Shown in pieces: positions 30,583 to 43,687 of a stretch of DNA of 64,000 bases. Below the pieces are notes generated by a model that saw only the letters and a program-made list of their open reading frames with translations, made no database searches and was not told the origin of the DNA. The translations under genes were made by a program, and so were the position numbers. How positions within the stretch are numbered: position 1 is the stretch's first letter; the number at the start of each line of letters is the position of its first letter. Location of the stretch: positions 162,533 to 226,532 of the forward strand of contig RQSC01000518.1 in NCBI GenBank assembly GCA_013416795.1, given 5' to 3'. This DNA comes from Prasinococcaceae sp. CCMP 1430. Taxonomy: Eukaryota > Plantae > Prasinodermophyta.

Positions 30583-32974
30583 TTACTCGATGCCGAAACC
30601 GCACGCCTCGGCATTGAGAGCGATCAGCACGTACTTCTTGAGGTCCTCCTTGGAGGAATACAGCGGTAGCTCCAACCGGTTGAAGCACGTGTGCGCGCGC
30701 GGTAGCAGACCGGTCGTGCACCCCTCGATGGTAAAGAGCTTGATGTTGCCGTCCGAGCCCTGCAGCGCCTTGAAGCCCTGCACGGGCACCCGGCTCGTGC
30801 CCGTGGCGAACTGCAGCAGCCGCGCGCGCTGCTCGGCGTTCATTTCGTTCTCGACGACCTCCCAGAACCACCGGATGTTCCGGTGGTTGTTCTTCTTGCC
30901 CTCGTACACGCCGCGATAGCGCGTGTGCGCGTGCCAGTCCGCGACATCGATGTCCGGCATGCCGCAAAGCAGCAGCTCGAGCTCGCGCGGGTCGAATACG
31001 GCCAGCAGCGGTGGCGGGATCACGTCGTAGAAGCCTCGCAAGAACCGCCCCAGTGGCCCCTCCACCGTGCTGAAGACGAGATGGCGCAGCATGAGCTCGG
31101 CGTACTCGGCGCGATTCTCGCGCGTGACGTCGACATTGCTGCCACCTGGCTTCAGCTCCTCCTCCACCTGCGCACCGAAGACCGTGCGACCCACCGTGAA
31201 GTCGAGGCAGAGCACCTCAGGGTCCTCCATTTTCATCACCTCCTCGAGCGAGTTGTAGACCGTCTGATCCACAAACTCAAGGTCCCGCTGCATGATAGGC
31301 CACGCGAGCAAATGCTTATAATAGGGCAGCACGAGGTGCGGTGCCACCAGCTGCCCGTCGAAGAGCGCCTTGCCCAGCAGACGTCCGGCAAAGTAGAAGT
31401 ACGCCGCCGCGTTTTCGTTCGCCACCTCCGCCGACGGGTTGATCTTGTACGCGAGGTTGTCCACCGCTCCGTACTCCCACAGCCCCATGTCGACGTTGAA
31501 CAGCTCTTTCGACACCAGCTCGAACCACTCGCGCGCAACGCCGCCCGCGTCTTGCGCGGGCTCGCCCGCGAACTGAAAGCGGAAGATGCGGCGCATGTCG
31601 TCGGCTCCGAGCCGCGCAAAGCACGCGAACGAGTCCTCCAAGAGGTTCGAGCGACGAACGGTGCAGCTGACGTGGCCGGCCTCCCACACGATGCGCAGGC
31701 GGCCGAGCATGCTACGGAACCAACCCACCTTTTGATCGAACGGCAGCGACGCGGCGTCCTTGAGGTCAGCCGCGGTGACATTGATCGGCGGGAAGCACGC
31801 GTCCATGGAGAAGTCCTGCGCGTCCACGAAGGAGAGCGTGAAGTCCGGCTTGACCACGCGCACGAACCCGCGCCCGCCGACGCCGCTGACGGCGATGTAC
31901 TGCAGGCGCTTCAGCAGGTCCCCCTTTTCGAGTACGCCCGCGTTCTTGACGTCCATGCCCATCGACTCAAGGCGTGCCTTGAGCTCTCGCACCGGGAGCT
32001 GACTGAGCTGCGTCGCCGACGTCGCCAGCGCCCGCACGAGATCTTTCTTCTCGATGCAGTTGCGCCCCGTCTCGATCTTCAGCAGCGACAACCGGTGCTT
32101 CAGCTCCTTCACGGGCAGCTCGTTGAGCGTCGACTCAAGGTCGACAGCGGCCTCGGCCTCGGCCTTGTTGTCTTCCTCGTGCTGGCGCATTGCCGCTTGG
32201 TCGTCCTTCGAAAGCACGCGCACCCAGCGCAGCCTGTTGTCCGACGGCCCGACGCGGCGCACCCAGCGCTCGTTGTTCGACGGACTGCTGTCCCACTGAA
32301 GCGCCTCGCCGTGGTTGCGTCTCCGGCCAGGCTCGGGCCCGGGCACGGCCAGGATAGCGTAGCAGTTGAAGCACTGGAACCGCGGCGCATTCGGCGGTAC
32401 CATGAGAAGTGCTTGGCAGCGCGGGCACTGTTGGCACCCCACGCAGGGCGGGCCAGTGGCGGGGAGGGCAGAGATGGGAAGAGGAGGGGGATGCGGTGGT
32501 GTGGGAGGTTAGAGCGGGGGAGCATTCAGCGCGGGTGCGCAAGAGCGTTGGCGGCACGCGAGCAATTGCATGCCTGTGATCACGAGTCGCACGCATTTGT
32601 TTGCGTTCGAGCGCTCCATCCCCGTAACGCGTCCGCATGCCCCCGGCCATGCGCGATTGGCGCGCTTGCGTGCGTGCGATCACACGCACCATAACCGTCC
32701 TGTTCGTCGGCGGCTGCTGCACCTGGGGCGTTGGCCCGCCCGGCATGCTCGGGTAGCTGTGCATCATGTGTTGCGCGCGCCCGCCGCCCCCGGCGACGCT
32801 GTAGTGTGCGTGCGGCGAGGACTGCGATCGGTGCGGAGCGGGTGGGCGCTGCTGCGGGGTGTTTTGCTGATGCTGGAGCGACGACGGACCCGCCGCCGCC
32901 GCCCATGATTGGCGCCGCTGCACCGATGCCCTCGACGACGATGACGACGACGGCGTCGACTGCGAGGAGCCCAT
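30583..32974 (-). CDS. HECT E3 ubiquitin ligase with N-myristoylation motif, LSD1-type zinc finger and two SAP/ARMET-C-like repeats; exons 32974-32690 and 32427-30583
   Basis: MGSSQS start; CPRC...FQCFNC; FAGEPAQDAGGVAREWF; LLQFATGTSRVP; LPRAHTCFNRLELP (catalytic Cys). Confidence 0.92.
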
Positions 32975-33940
32975 GGCTGCGCGCCGCCGCAGCCACGCCC
33001 TCCTCGGCCCCCTTTTTCCCGCCCTGGCGGCGCGCGCAGCGGGGCCTGCTCGGCTCTTTCTCTCTCTACCTCTCGCCCTTGCCCCTTGCCCCTTGCCCCC
33101 CCCCCTCTCCCAAACACACACGCGCGCGCGCGCGCGCGCGCGCCTCACCCCCCCGCCCCCTTTTTCAGATTCTCGCCCGCCCCCTCCCCTCGTAGGCAGG
33201 CGCGCGACGGGCGCCCCCGCCCCCCGCGCCCGCCCCTGCGCGCCACACGCGCAGCACGCGCAGTGGCACTCGCGAGGACGCGCGGCCCTCTCGACCTCCT
33301 CGCGCCACCTGGGGACGACAAAAAAACAAAAACAGAACCACGCACGTCCACAACAAACAACGGGAAAAGAACGCTCAGGGGGGCGCCTGACGACATGCGC
33401 GGCGGGCCGGGCGCCGCGCGGCCTTTTCGGAACGCGCAGCGAAATCGCGTGGCACGCGCGCGCGCGAAAAAAAAAGGCGATGAGCGAGCGCGCGGCGTGG
33501 CGGTGGGCGGCGGTGGCGTCGCGTCGGGGCATCGGCGGCCAAAAAAAAAAAAAAAAGTTGTTTGCGTTTGTGTGGGTGATTAGGGGAAAACTGGGAGGGC
33601 CCGAGGGGGGGGCGAGGCGATGGATGGCAGCGGCGACGCCCGCTGAGCGCGCGGCGCGTGCAGGGGGATGTGCTGGAACGAATCCCGCCCGACGTTGCTC
33701 GCGCCAACCANCACCACCTCTGCGTACTCGGTTTGCAGGTGCGACACGCGCTCGTCGCACGCGGCCACGCAGCCACAACGCGCCGCGCGGGCGCTGGAGG
33801 GCGCGCCGAGGGCGGGCCGGGGCGGGAGGGTGAGCGAGGAGTCTCGGCAGAAAGCCTGTGTGTGTGCGCGCGCGCGTGTGTGTAGGTGCGGGAGTGGGGG
33901 GGGCGGCGATCGCGTGCGCGCGCACCGCAGCAGCGGCCCG

Positions 33941-34687
33941 ATGATTGCGATGTCGGCGGCGCAGGCGCAGATGAGCGACACACGCGCGGCGATGGGCCTG
34001 CTCCACAGGCTGGGCAATCTCGACAAGACCCTCAGCGCGCGGCTCTTCCTCAATGCGCAGCCTGGCACGGCGGTGTACCGTGCTCTGCGGCTCGTCGAGC
34101 TCCTCGGCAACGGCTGGATCTGGCTGCCGCTGCCCGTGCTGGTGGTGCTGCTCACGCCCAAGGTGGCGATGAAGCACCGCTCGCTGCTGCTTTCGCTGGC
34201 CATCGGCTTCGTGTTTGACCTCGCGTGCATGGGCGTGCTCAAAGCCATCTTTCGCCGACCACGCCCGAAATACAACGCGGCCGATGGCCTGCAGCTGCTC
34301 AGCGACAAGTACAGCTTCCCGAGCGGGCACTCCAGCCGCGTGTTCCTTATCTTCGCGCTGGCGGTGGTGCACGAGGGGCGCGCGCTGGGGCTGTCAGGCG
34401 GCTTCCTGGTGTTCTTGTGGGCGTGCATGACAGCGGTGTGCAGGGTGATGCAGGGGCGGCACTACGTCGGCGACATCTTCGTCGGTGCGCTCTGCGGCCT
34501 TCTTGAGGCGGCGGCTGTCATGTACGCGCCGGCGACGGTGCAGCGCGCGCTGGAGCAGCCGCTCACGCAACGGCTGGGGACCGCCGCCGCCAACACGGTG
34601 GCCACGGGAGCCGCGGCGGGTGCGGCGGGAGGCTCGCGATTGAGCAGGCGATTGATGCGGGCCGTTGTCGACCCCCGTGCGGACTGA
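33941..34687 (+). CDS. PAP2-family lipid phosphate phosphatase (PLPP6-like)
   Basis: KAIFRRPRP (C1), SFPSGH (C2), CRVMQGRHYVGD (C3) motifs plus TM segments. Confidence 0.9.
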   Translation: MIAMSAAQAQMSDTRAAMGLLHRLGNLDKTLSARLFLNAQPGTAVYRALRLVELLGNGWIWLPLPVLVVLLTPKVAMKHRSLLLSLAIGFVFDLACMGVLKAIFRRPRPKYNAADGLQLLSDKYSFPSGHSSRVFLIFALAVVHEGRALGLSGGFLVFLWACMTAVCRVMQGRHYVGDIFVGALCGLLEAAAVMYAPATVQRALEQPLTQRLGTAAANTVATGAAAGAAGGSRLSRRLMRAVVDPRAD

Positions 34688-34907
34688 CGGGCGGCGAGGC
34701 AGCGGCGCTCCACGCTCCACTTAATAATAATTATCCGTGTCCACGGCGGCACCCCGGTGTGGCGGGAGTGACGCGGCCACAGAGCGTGCGCACACGCTGC
34801 GCGCGCTCGGCCCATCTTCATGGAGCGTTGGAGCGCGTATACTTACAGGGAATGGAAACAAGAACGGGCCCCGAGGGCGAGCTCGATCGAGCGCCAGCAC
34901 GAGCGTC

Positions 34908-35895
34908 TCAGTCCCTGTGCTCGGCCGCGAGCATTTGGCTGACGCGCCTGAGACCCTGCGACGCCAGCGCAGTGCCCGGCGCGCGCTCCACTGCAGCCTT
35001 GAAGTCGTCGCGCGCGCCGGCAATCTCGCCGAGCGTCTCGCGCGCGAGCCCACGGCGCATGTACGCCTTGACGCTCTCGGGATCGAGCTCGAGCGCAGCC
35101 GTGCAGTCCACCTTGGGAGCGCGGCAGCAATGTCAGCAGCGCGCCGTGGTCGCAGGCGATGGGGCGCGCACATGAAGGTTCTCAAAGAGTAGCATCTGCG
35201 CGGCAACGCACCACCACCAGGTCATGTAGCGCCTGCTGCCTGTAGGCCTCCGCTCGGTTGGTGAGCAAGGTCGCCTTGATGGCGGCGTCAGCGGCGTCGC
35301 AGGACTTGAGCAGGTCCATCGCATACGTGTACCACTTCGAGGCCTCCTCGTATTGCCCGACCTTATACGCTGCGTTGCCCATAGCCTTTGCGTCGGCAGC
35401 GGTCTTCGGGAGCGCTTCTGCCGCGGCGCTCGTGCGCTCGAGCCCCTCGCGCAATTGCGCGTTGGTTGGGTCCGCCTGCGGCAGCGTTTCCAAGCGAGAG
35501 CGCCGCGCAGCGCGCGTCAGCTCAGCCGTCGACGGGCGTGGCGCGACGTTCACGCACGCCTCGCGCGAACATGCGGCGTACGACTCAAGGTTCACCTTCA
35601 GTCCCAACTCGAAGGCCTCAACCGCCGCGGGCAACCTCTCGAGTTTCTCGAGGCACAGCCCGAGGCGATACCACCCCTTCACCCACTTTTCGTCGATGCC
35701 CACCGACGTCTTGGCGTCATCGGCGGCCTCAGAGTACTTGCCCGCGGCGTACAGCGCGGCCGCACGGTTGGTGTAGATCGACGCGACGCTAGGGTCCGCC
35801 TCGATCGCGCGAGTGTACCACTCGGTCGCCTGCGCGTACTGCTTGCGCATGTAGTGCGCATTGCCGCGCTCCTTCAGCTCGCGCGCCGAGCTCAT
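34908..35895 (-). CDS. TPR-repeat co-chaperone-like protein (two TPR clusters), spliced
   Basis: LKERGNAHY..QY..A...YTRAI, IYTNRAAA, KGWYRLG; second cluster KAMGNAAYK...LLTNRAEAY, KAYMRRGLARE. Confidence 0.88.
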
Positions 35896-36326
35896 CGCCC
35901 CTCAGTCGGATCACCTCCCAGCTAGCGCCGCGGGGCGCGCGCGGCCCCTCACGTGGACACCGGGCCGGCCGCTCAGGGGAGTGCAGCCGAGATCCGAGCC
36001 GTGCCCGGATTCGGCCAGCGGGCTGGGGGCCGGGGGCCAAGGGTGAGGAGATGGGGGAGGGCACATGCGCCGTGCGCTCTGTGCCGCACCAGCCGCCCGC
36101 GCCCGCGCTCGTAACGGCCGGCGGCGGTGATAAAACGTAGGGTCTGAAAATCCAAGAAGTGATTTGCTGTGCGTTTGGTTCGGGTTCAATCGCATTACCC
36201 TAAAACATCGCCGGTGGATCATACTGTACATGTAAAGTGATGCGTGAGTGCGCGCGAAGTGCCACTCCGCGCGCCCTGTGTGTGTTCGGTGGGTGGGGGT
36301 AGCTGGGGGGGAGGACGTGCTCAAGG

Positions 36327-37808
36327 GTGCGATGGGCATCGAGGACAGGGGCGGGCGCAGAACGTGCGTTTGGCGCATGGCTCGAGCGCGCGGGCGCGCG
36401 CGGCCACTGGGAGGTCGGCCGCGGCGCCAACGGCCGCGGCGCGTTCGCCACCAAGGCGCTGCGCCGCGATGAGGTGTGCATTGAGGTACCAGATGCGCTG
36501 GTGTTGACGGCCGAGGCCTCAGTGGCGGGCGGCGCGCTCGCGCGCGCCGGCATTGACGAGGGCGCGGACAACCGGCGCACGGACGCGCACGCGCTCGTGC
36601 TCGCGCTCATGGCGGAGCGGTGTGCGGGCGAGGCGAGCCGATGGGCGCCATACATTGCCATGCTGCCCGCGTGCGTCGATCATATGCCGCATGAGTGGCC
36701 CGCGGAAGATCTCAGGCTGCTCGAGGGCACGTCGACGATGCGCGGCCTCCGCGGCGCCGTCGCGCCCGGTGCGGGCGGCCAGTTGCCGTCCCGGGTTGGC
36801 GACGGCTTCGACACCTTCTGCGTGCCGTTCGCGGCAAAGCACGGGGCCAGCTTCGGCTTCCCCGCGGAGCGAGACGAGCTGTACGATCTCTTTTCGTGGG
36901 CAACTGGCGTGGTTGCCTCGTACTCGTTCTCGCTGGGCGACAAACACGAGAGCATGGTGCCCGTGTGGGACATGCTCAACCACGTCAGCGGTGCGGCGAA
37001 CGTGCGTCTCAACCACGACGCCGCGCGCGGCGTGCTGCAAATGCTCGCCACTCGTGAAATCGCGAAAGGGGAAGAGTTGGTCAACTCGTTCGGTGAGCTG
37101 CCGAACGGCGAGCTGCTGCGCAGGTATGGATTCGTCGAGGAGCCCCTGCCCGCCAGCGGGGGCGGCGGCCGTGTAAGCAGGCATCCGCACGAGCGCGCGC
37201 TGCTGCGCTCCAAGGCCGTGGTGAAAGCGGCGGCGCAGCTGGCGTCCTGGCAGAACAAACGTGAGGGCACGCGCAGGCGAAGACTGGTCGTGCGGCGGGG
37301 TCTCTTCAGACCATACTTTGAGGTGCGCCAGGCGCCTGGCGGTGCCGGTGGCGTCGAGCCCGAGCCCGCGCTAGCGGCCTTCCTGTATCTCCTGCTGTGC
37401 AGCCCGACCGAATTCGAGCGCATCGCACGCGGCGGCGCCGAGGGCGCGCGTGGCAAGACCTCGGAGGCGGGAACGTGGCATGCTGTGGCTGTGGCATTGG
37501 CGGGTGCGTGTGCACGTGAGGTGGAGGCACTGACTGACCTCGACCAGGGCTTCGATCCTATCAACGACAGGCAGAGAGCGGCGTCAGTTGTCGTCCGCGC
37601 AGAGCGTGGCTGCCTGTTGGAGCTCGCGCACGCGTGCGAGGCTGGCGAGGCTGCCGCCAGGCTCCAAGCGCGAGGGTGGTGCGCACGTCGCGCTCGCAAC
37701 TTTCTGAGCTTCCGCAGGTGGGCGCTCGTGCGCAACCCCGGCGGCGAGGGCATGAAGCTTGTCCACAGGACTGATGCCGTGCGGCATCTGCGGGCCTTTC
37801 TCAAGTGA
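36327..37808 (+). CDS. SET-domain lysine methyltransferase (SETD6/Rubisco LSMT-like); start uncertain
   Basis: GRGAFATKAL, SRWAPYIAMLP, MVPVWDMLNH, IAKGEELVNSFGELPNGELLRRYGFV. Confidence 0.88.
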   Translation: MRWASRTGAGAERAFGAWLERAGARGHWEVGRGANGRGAFATKALRRDEVCIEVPDALVLTAEASVAGGALARAGIDEGADNRRTDAHALVLALMAERCAGEASRWAPYIAMLPACVDHMPHEWPAEDLRLLEGTSTMRGLRGAVAPGAGGQLPSRVGDGFDTFCVPFAAKHGASFGFPAERDELYDLFSWATGVVASYSFSLGDKHESMVPVWDMLNHVSGAANVRLNHDAARGVLQMLATREIAKGEELVNSFGELPNGELLRRYGFVEEPLPASGGGGRVSRHPHERALLRSKAVVKAAAQLASWQNKREGTRRRRLVVRRGLFRPYFEVRQAPGGAGGVEPEPALAAFLYLLLCSPTEFERIARGGAEGARGKTSEAGTWHAVAVALAGACAREVEALTDLDQGFDPINDRQRAASVVVRAERGCLLELAHACEAGEAAARLQARGWCARRARNFLSFRRWALVRNPGGEGMKLVHRTDAVRHLRAFLK

Positions 37809-38029
37809 CTTGTCTGTGGCGCGCGCCGGCGCGCGCCTTTGCGCTCGCGCAGCGACACACGCGAGCGCTTGTGCTGCCACCCGCGCGAGCATCGACCTGC
37901 GCACGCTCTCTCCTAATATGATGCTCATCTGAGCGCTACGATAAACGGCACCGACCACACAGCGGCGCTTCGCGATGAGCGCACCGCGTGCTAGAGTACG
38001 GGCGTTGCCGCGCCTCCGAATTACAGGTT

Positions 38030-40415
38030 TTAGAGGACCGAGCTCCATGGCCCCTCGATGATCTCCTCAGTGGGCTCGCCGACGGGCTCCTCCATCGTAA
38101 TGGTCTCCACGGTGGTCGACAGCTCCTCGTCCGAGTCGTAGCCGCCGCGCAGCTCCATGCGCCGCGCCTTGGTCTGGGCCTTCTCCGCCTTGCGCTCGTC
38201 GAGAACCGCGTAATACTTGCGCATGAGCTCCACGCGGTCCTCCATGAGCTCCTGGTCCTGGCCGCGCTTGATGAGCTCGTCCTCCTCATCGTAGCGCTTG
38301 GCGTTGGCCTTGGCGAGCTTGTTGACCTTCTTCTCCTCCTCGGCGGGCAGCACCGAGGGCGGGCGCGGGCGCCACAGGAATTGGAAGAAGCGGTCCTTCT
38401 GCACCTTGTACAGCTGCTGGCCGGAGAAGCTCCACATAATGAGGCCGTTCTCCATCTGGTGCACGCTGGTAACCGAGGTCGCCACGAAGCGGCCGGTGGG
38501 GTCCCAGTCGATGTCCGTGCACATGAAGTGCTCGCCGGTCGCCATGGTGTCGAGCGTATCGGCGTCGAAGAACTCGAGCTGGCCGTTGAGGCCCTTGAGG
38601 CCCGCGATGACGAGGTGCCTCCCCGCGGGCGACCAGAAGAGCGCGTTGGCCTGCTTGTTGGGGAAGGTGCCCTTCTTGACGATCTTGGGCTGGCCCTTCT
38701 CGTCGCGCATCGAGTAGATCGACACAGAGGGGCGCGCGCCGTCGCCGTGGATGACGGCGAAGCGGTGGCCCTTGGGCTCCCACGCGAAGTCGAGCACCTT
38801 GTCAGTCTTGTTCTCCGGCGTGAGCACCTCGACGGGAACGTCACGCTCGCCGGTGCGGAACAGCTCGAAGCCGGTGAACAGGGTCTTCTTCGACTTGGTG
38901 TGGCGGGTGACCACGGCCGCGAAGTACTCACCCTGCGGATGCCAGAACATTCGCAGGTCCGACACCATGAAGAGGTTCTTCGAGCGCACGTCCTTTCGGG
39001 TGGTCACGTCGAGGATGGCCACGCGCGCCGGGGTGTTGCCGTTGCCGCTTTCCTCCAGGAACATCGACATCCAGGGCTTCTTCGGCGACCAGAGGAACTC
39101 CTTGAGGCCCTCGAGCTTGAACGACTTCTTGCCCACGAGCCCCATAGACGGCGCCTCGTAGCAGCTGATCACGTCCTTGCCCATGCGCGCGAAGTACTTG
39201 TCCTGCGCGCCCTCCTCTGTGCCCGCCCACTGGAAGAGCGGCCAGCTGATCTGGCCGTTCTCAGAGCCAGAGAACTCGGCGACTGTGCCCTCGAACGTGC
39301 GCATCTTGCGCCCCGACGCCGTGTCCCACACGTTGAGCAGCACGGACGGACTGTCGCCCGCCTTCTTCGCATCGTGGCTGCTGTAGGTAACGATGTAGCC
39401 CTCGTTGGGCGAGAAGTCGATGAGGCGCACGCCCGGGTGGTTGAAGCGAGTCACGCGCTGGAACGGCACGTGGCGGCCGCCCGGCCAGCCCCACAGCGCC
39501 GCGCCCTGCCGATGCATGGTCGCGAGGAAGTAGCCGTGCGAACTCCACTGCACGAACGACTCGGTCCAGAACTCGCGCGAGAACACGGCGTCCATCTTGC
39601 CCTGCTTGTGGTCGTTCCACCCGATCTCCGTCATGTCCTGGTACCGAATGGCGAACTGGTCGCGCGCGCGGTCGTCGATGAGCCAGGCGTGCAGCGTCTC
39701 CATCGGGTTGAACGACTTCTGAGCGGGAGCCTGATACTCGTCGGGCACGCCCATGAAGTGCGCGAACGCCGACATCGGCACCACGCGGAAGGTGTGCGCC
39801 TTGTCAAGCTTGTAGCCATCCGTCTGCTGCACCGCGACCTTCGCCTCGTCGGGGGTGGTGAACTCGATGAAGCAGTAGCCCTTCGTCGATCCGGTCTCGC
39901 TGTCCTTCGGCATCACCAGGTCGCGGATGGTGCCCACCTGCGAGAAAATCTTGCGCAGCACATTGCACAGCTGTTGGGCGCGCGAGGGGCGGCGGCGACG
40001 GCGAGGCAGGGCATCGCAGGCGGGCGGAAGCGATGCGGAGCGCGGATCGAGTCAGCGCGAGAGCGCGAGAAGCGCGGCCCGATCTCTCTCTCTCCCCCGG
40101 CGGCCACCGGCTCGTGCGCGCGGCGCGTCCTCGGCGCAGCGGCGCGACGCGCCGAGCGCCTGCGCGTACTTTGTCATACTTGGTCTCCGGAATTGCCGGC
40201 ACATTGTCCACACAGATCACGCTGTCGAGTCCCTGCTCCTCCTCGATGTCCTCCTCCTCGTCGGCGCCGTCGTCGCTCGCGTAGCCGTAGTCCTCGCCTG
40301 GCTCGAGGTGCAGGAGGTCGACGTCGAACGAGCCGTCCTCGAGCTGCAGCTGCTTGAGCACCTCACGCGGGTCCTTGCCCGCCGCGGGCACGCTTCCCAC
40401 CGCAGCGTCCGCCAT
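38030..40415 (-). CDS. eIF3B: Eukaryotic translation initiation factor 3 subunit B; exons 40415-40170 and 39970-38030
   Basis: RRM (ICVDNVP...KYDK|LCNVLRKIFSQVG, TKGYCFIEF, YKLDKAHTF) followed by the beta-propeller (FAWEPKGHRF, FWSPAGR, WDPTGRF, FQFLWRPRP). Confidence 0.96.
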
Positions 40416-40823
40416 GGCTCGCCGCGGGCGCCACCGCCCCCCGCGCGCGCTGTGCCCCAGAGCCCACCCACCCACCCTCACCCACCTTACAAACACACAC
40501 ACACACGTGGCCTTCCTCCCCCGCCTTCCCTGCGGGCAGTCGCGCGCGCGTTCGCGCGATCGCAGCGCGGCCGCGGCCGCCGACCCGCTGCCCGCTGCGC
40601 GCTGCAGCGCAGGGCTCGAGGTGCAGCCAGGCTGACGCGCGCGACGCACGCCCACGCGCGCGCACACATGGCACATGTGCGTGCGCGCCCATGCTCGTGC
40701 CCACGAACCCGGACGGCATCTCGCACGTGCCAGACCAGCACACATCCCCGCCCGCCCACCCCTTTGCACACGCGCGCGCGCTCGCGCGCTCATACGCCAC
40801 AGGCCCCGCCCCGGCCCGCGGCG

Positions 40824-43395
40824 ATGTCATCTCACGACGCAGTGAGCGCGGTCGGCGCCGCGCGCGCTGCGTTCGGCGGCCTCACCGACCGCGTGCGCGT
40901 GGGCGCCAGCCGCCTCACCCTCAAGGGCGAGGCCAAGGACCTGGCCGTGGCCGTCACCAAGGCGACCAATCACGACGTGGTGCCGCCCAAGGAGAAGCAC
41001 GTCCAGGTGCGGGCGGGCGCCCTTGCGTGGATACGACGCACGCGCGCGCGCGCGTGCCCCAGCGAGCGCCCGTCTGCGCTCGCGTTCTGACGCGCGCGCA
41101 TCCTCGGAACCTCGCAGACGCTCGTCAAGTGCCTCGCGCAGACAGGCAGCGGCATGGGCGGCGGCCGCGACTCGCCGCAGTCCTTCGCCCTGCATGAGAT
41201 AGCGCAGCGCCTGGACGCGCGCAACGACTGGCTGGTGGCCGCCAAGGCGCTCACGCTGGTGCATCGGTGCATGAGCGAGGCGCCGCGCTTCGTGCTCGAC
41301 TTCGCACGCGCGGGGCCCATGGGCGTGGACAAGGGAGCGGGAGGGCTCGGCGCGGGCTTCGCGCCCACCCCCTTCGAGATGCTCAAGGCGCTCGAGGCGT
41401 ACAAGGACGACAGCTCGGCCGAAACGCAAGACTACGTGGCGTGGATCCGCTCGCACGCCGCCTATTTGTGCACGCGCGTTGCCACGGCGAAGTTGAACGG
41501 CTGGGACGTGGCGTCGGCCGTCGGCGCCAGCGGCGGTGCCGGGTCTGGGGCCCCGCCCAACGGTCCGTGGCGCGGCCCGCAGCGCGCGCGCACTCGCACA
41601 CGCGCCCTCACGCTGACGCGCGCACGCTCACCAACGCGCGCTCTTGAATCGCCCTCCTAACGATCGCATCCCCGCAAACCCACGCGTCGCATGCGCGCTG
41701 CGACGCCGCACGCACAGTGCGCACGCAGCCCTTCGAAAAGCTCGTCGATGACCTGCCGCGGTGCCACGCACTGGTCATCAAGGCGGGGATGTGCGCACCG
41801 TCCGGCAAGGCGAAAACATCCGGCGTCGTGGGATTCGCGCTGAGCCTGGTGCTGCGCGACACCTTCCGCGCGTACCGTGTCGTGCAGGACGGCCAGGCGA
41901 CTATCGCCGACAAGTACTTCGACCTTTCGCGCGCGCAGGCCCACTCGGGCCTTGAGTGCTACAAGTCGGGCGAGCGCGCTACCAGCGCGCTGCGCGAGCT
42001 CTACGAGCGCGCCAAGCGCGAGCGAATGGAGTACGTTGGTTCCATCTCGATGCCCGCCCTCGAAGAGGCGCCTGCGAGCTTCATTGCCACCATGGAGGAG
42101 TACGCCAGGGGCGCCGCACCCGCGGCGGGAGAAGCGGAGGAGGCGCAGGGTGCGGCCGCCGGCCCCTCCCCGGGGACAGCGGGCTTCGGCAATGGCGGCG
42201 TCAAGCTGCGTGCGGGCGCCCACGGGAAGTTCGGCGCGCTGCGAAGCACCCGCGGACGCAACCTCCTGTCGAGCGCCCCGCCGGCCGGCGGGGCCAAGTC
42301 GCCGCTCGCGTTCAAAGCTTCGCCGTCGCCGGCGGCCGCGCCCGCGGCGCCCGTCACGCCCATCACCGCCGTGCCGACCGACGCCTTCGCCGCGCTGTCG
42401 GTGGCCCCGGGAACGGCCGCCTCCGACCCGTTCGCGGCCGGCAGCGGCGGCTTCGGCGCGGCGGCCGGGGCGACGGGCTCAGTGACCTCGCCCACGGCGC
42501 CCAAGGGCGCCAACGCTGCCGCGGCATTCGCCGATCCGTCGCCGTTCGGCGACGACGCGTTTGGCGGCAGCGCCTTCGGAGGGAACGGCAGCGCCGCATG
42601 TGCGTCGGCGCCTGCGCCCGTACCCGCGACCGTGCCTGCGCGCTCCGTCGCGGGTGCGCGTGCGCGATCGCGAGCGTGATCGCGCGCGCACGTGGCCCGC
42701 CTGCGCGCGAGCGCCCCTTCGCTGACGCACGCGCGAGCGCCCACACCAAAATCTGGACGCGCGCGCGCACAGCGCCTGCTGCCGCTACCACCTCGGACCC
42801 CTTCGCCGCCGCGGCATCGCCGGCTGCGCCGACCGCCGCCGCCTCGGACCCTTTCGCGGCTGCGAGCGGCGGCGCCGACCCTTTCGGCGGCAGCGCCTTC
42901 GGCGGCGGCGCTCCGGCCGAGGCCACTCCCAAGGGGCCCGCGGCGCTCACGGGGTCGACGCTGGACGCGCTCTACAGCGCCGGCGCGCAGCAGCAGATGC
43001 AGGGCTCGGCCGGCAGCGCGGGCGCGCCCTCCCCCAGCCCCTTCGGGGCGTCGACGCCGCCGCGCGCGCCCAACCTCGACGCGGCCGCGCACGGCTCGCC
43101 CTTCGGCGCGGCCGCGCCGTCCCCCTACGGCGCCCCGACGGCCGGCGATCCCTTCGGTGACGCGCCCAGCCCGTTTGTGAACGGGAGCGCCGGCGGCTCG
43201 CCCGCGGTCGCGCTCGACTCGAGCAACCCTTTCGGCCCGACGTCCACGCCGATGCGCGTCCCCGCCGCCGCGGGCGGCGGCGCCGGCACGCCATCGCCGT
43301 CCAAGCTCGCCGAGGCGGCCGCCGGCGACCCGTTCGCCGCGCTCACGTCGCTGAGCCCCACGCGCTCTGCCATGGGCCCGGGCATGCGCCGGTAG
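40824..43395 (+). CDS. ANTH/AP180-like clathrin assembly protein, multi-exon
   Basis: AVTKATNHDVVPPKEKHV, DWLVAAKALTLVHR, ANTH helices, and a low-complexity tail with many DPF motifs and one NPF motif. Confidence 0.9.
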
Positions 43396-43526
43396 AGAGG
43401 CCGCAGGTGGCCTCGCGGCGCACAGGGGAAGGGGAGGTCACGGCGCGCCAGCGTCCCTCGGACGGCACGTCTGCAGCACGCACGCACGCGCGCGCGCGCA
43501 TGCGCGCGAGCGGCACGCACGCACAA

Positions 43527-43552
43527 ACACACACACACACACACACACACAC
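43527..43552 (+). repeat. (AC)n microsatellite
   Basis: acacacac... run about 135 bp before the nuclear-mitochondrial junction. Confidence 0.9.
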
Positions 43553-43687
43553 GTCCCAACACATGCCCTCGGCCAACAGACTCGCACACATGCCACTTCC
43601 TCAGTAGACCACAACGTGTTACGCCCCGCCCCATCCCGCAGCGGAGACGCACGCGGAGCGGGACGCCCGATCGCCCCGCCCGCCCCC

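Noticed and set aside
41007-42771. Introner-like repeated introns
   Set aside because: Introns share only splice signals (GTGCG donor, CTGAC branch, CAG acceptor) and CG-dinucleotide runs, not extended sequence identity.
1-43687. Many long overlapping or antisense ORFs (e.g. 17305-19620, 28838-30967, 30883-32694, 37988-40357)
   Set aside because: Shadow frames of GC-rich real genes; Arg/Ala/Gly-rich with no recognisable motifs.
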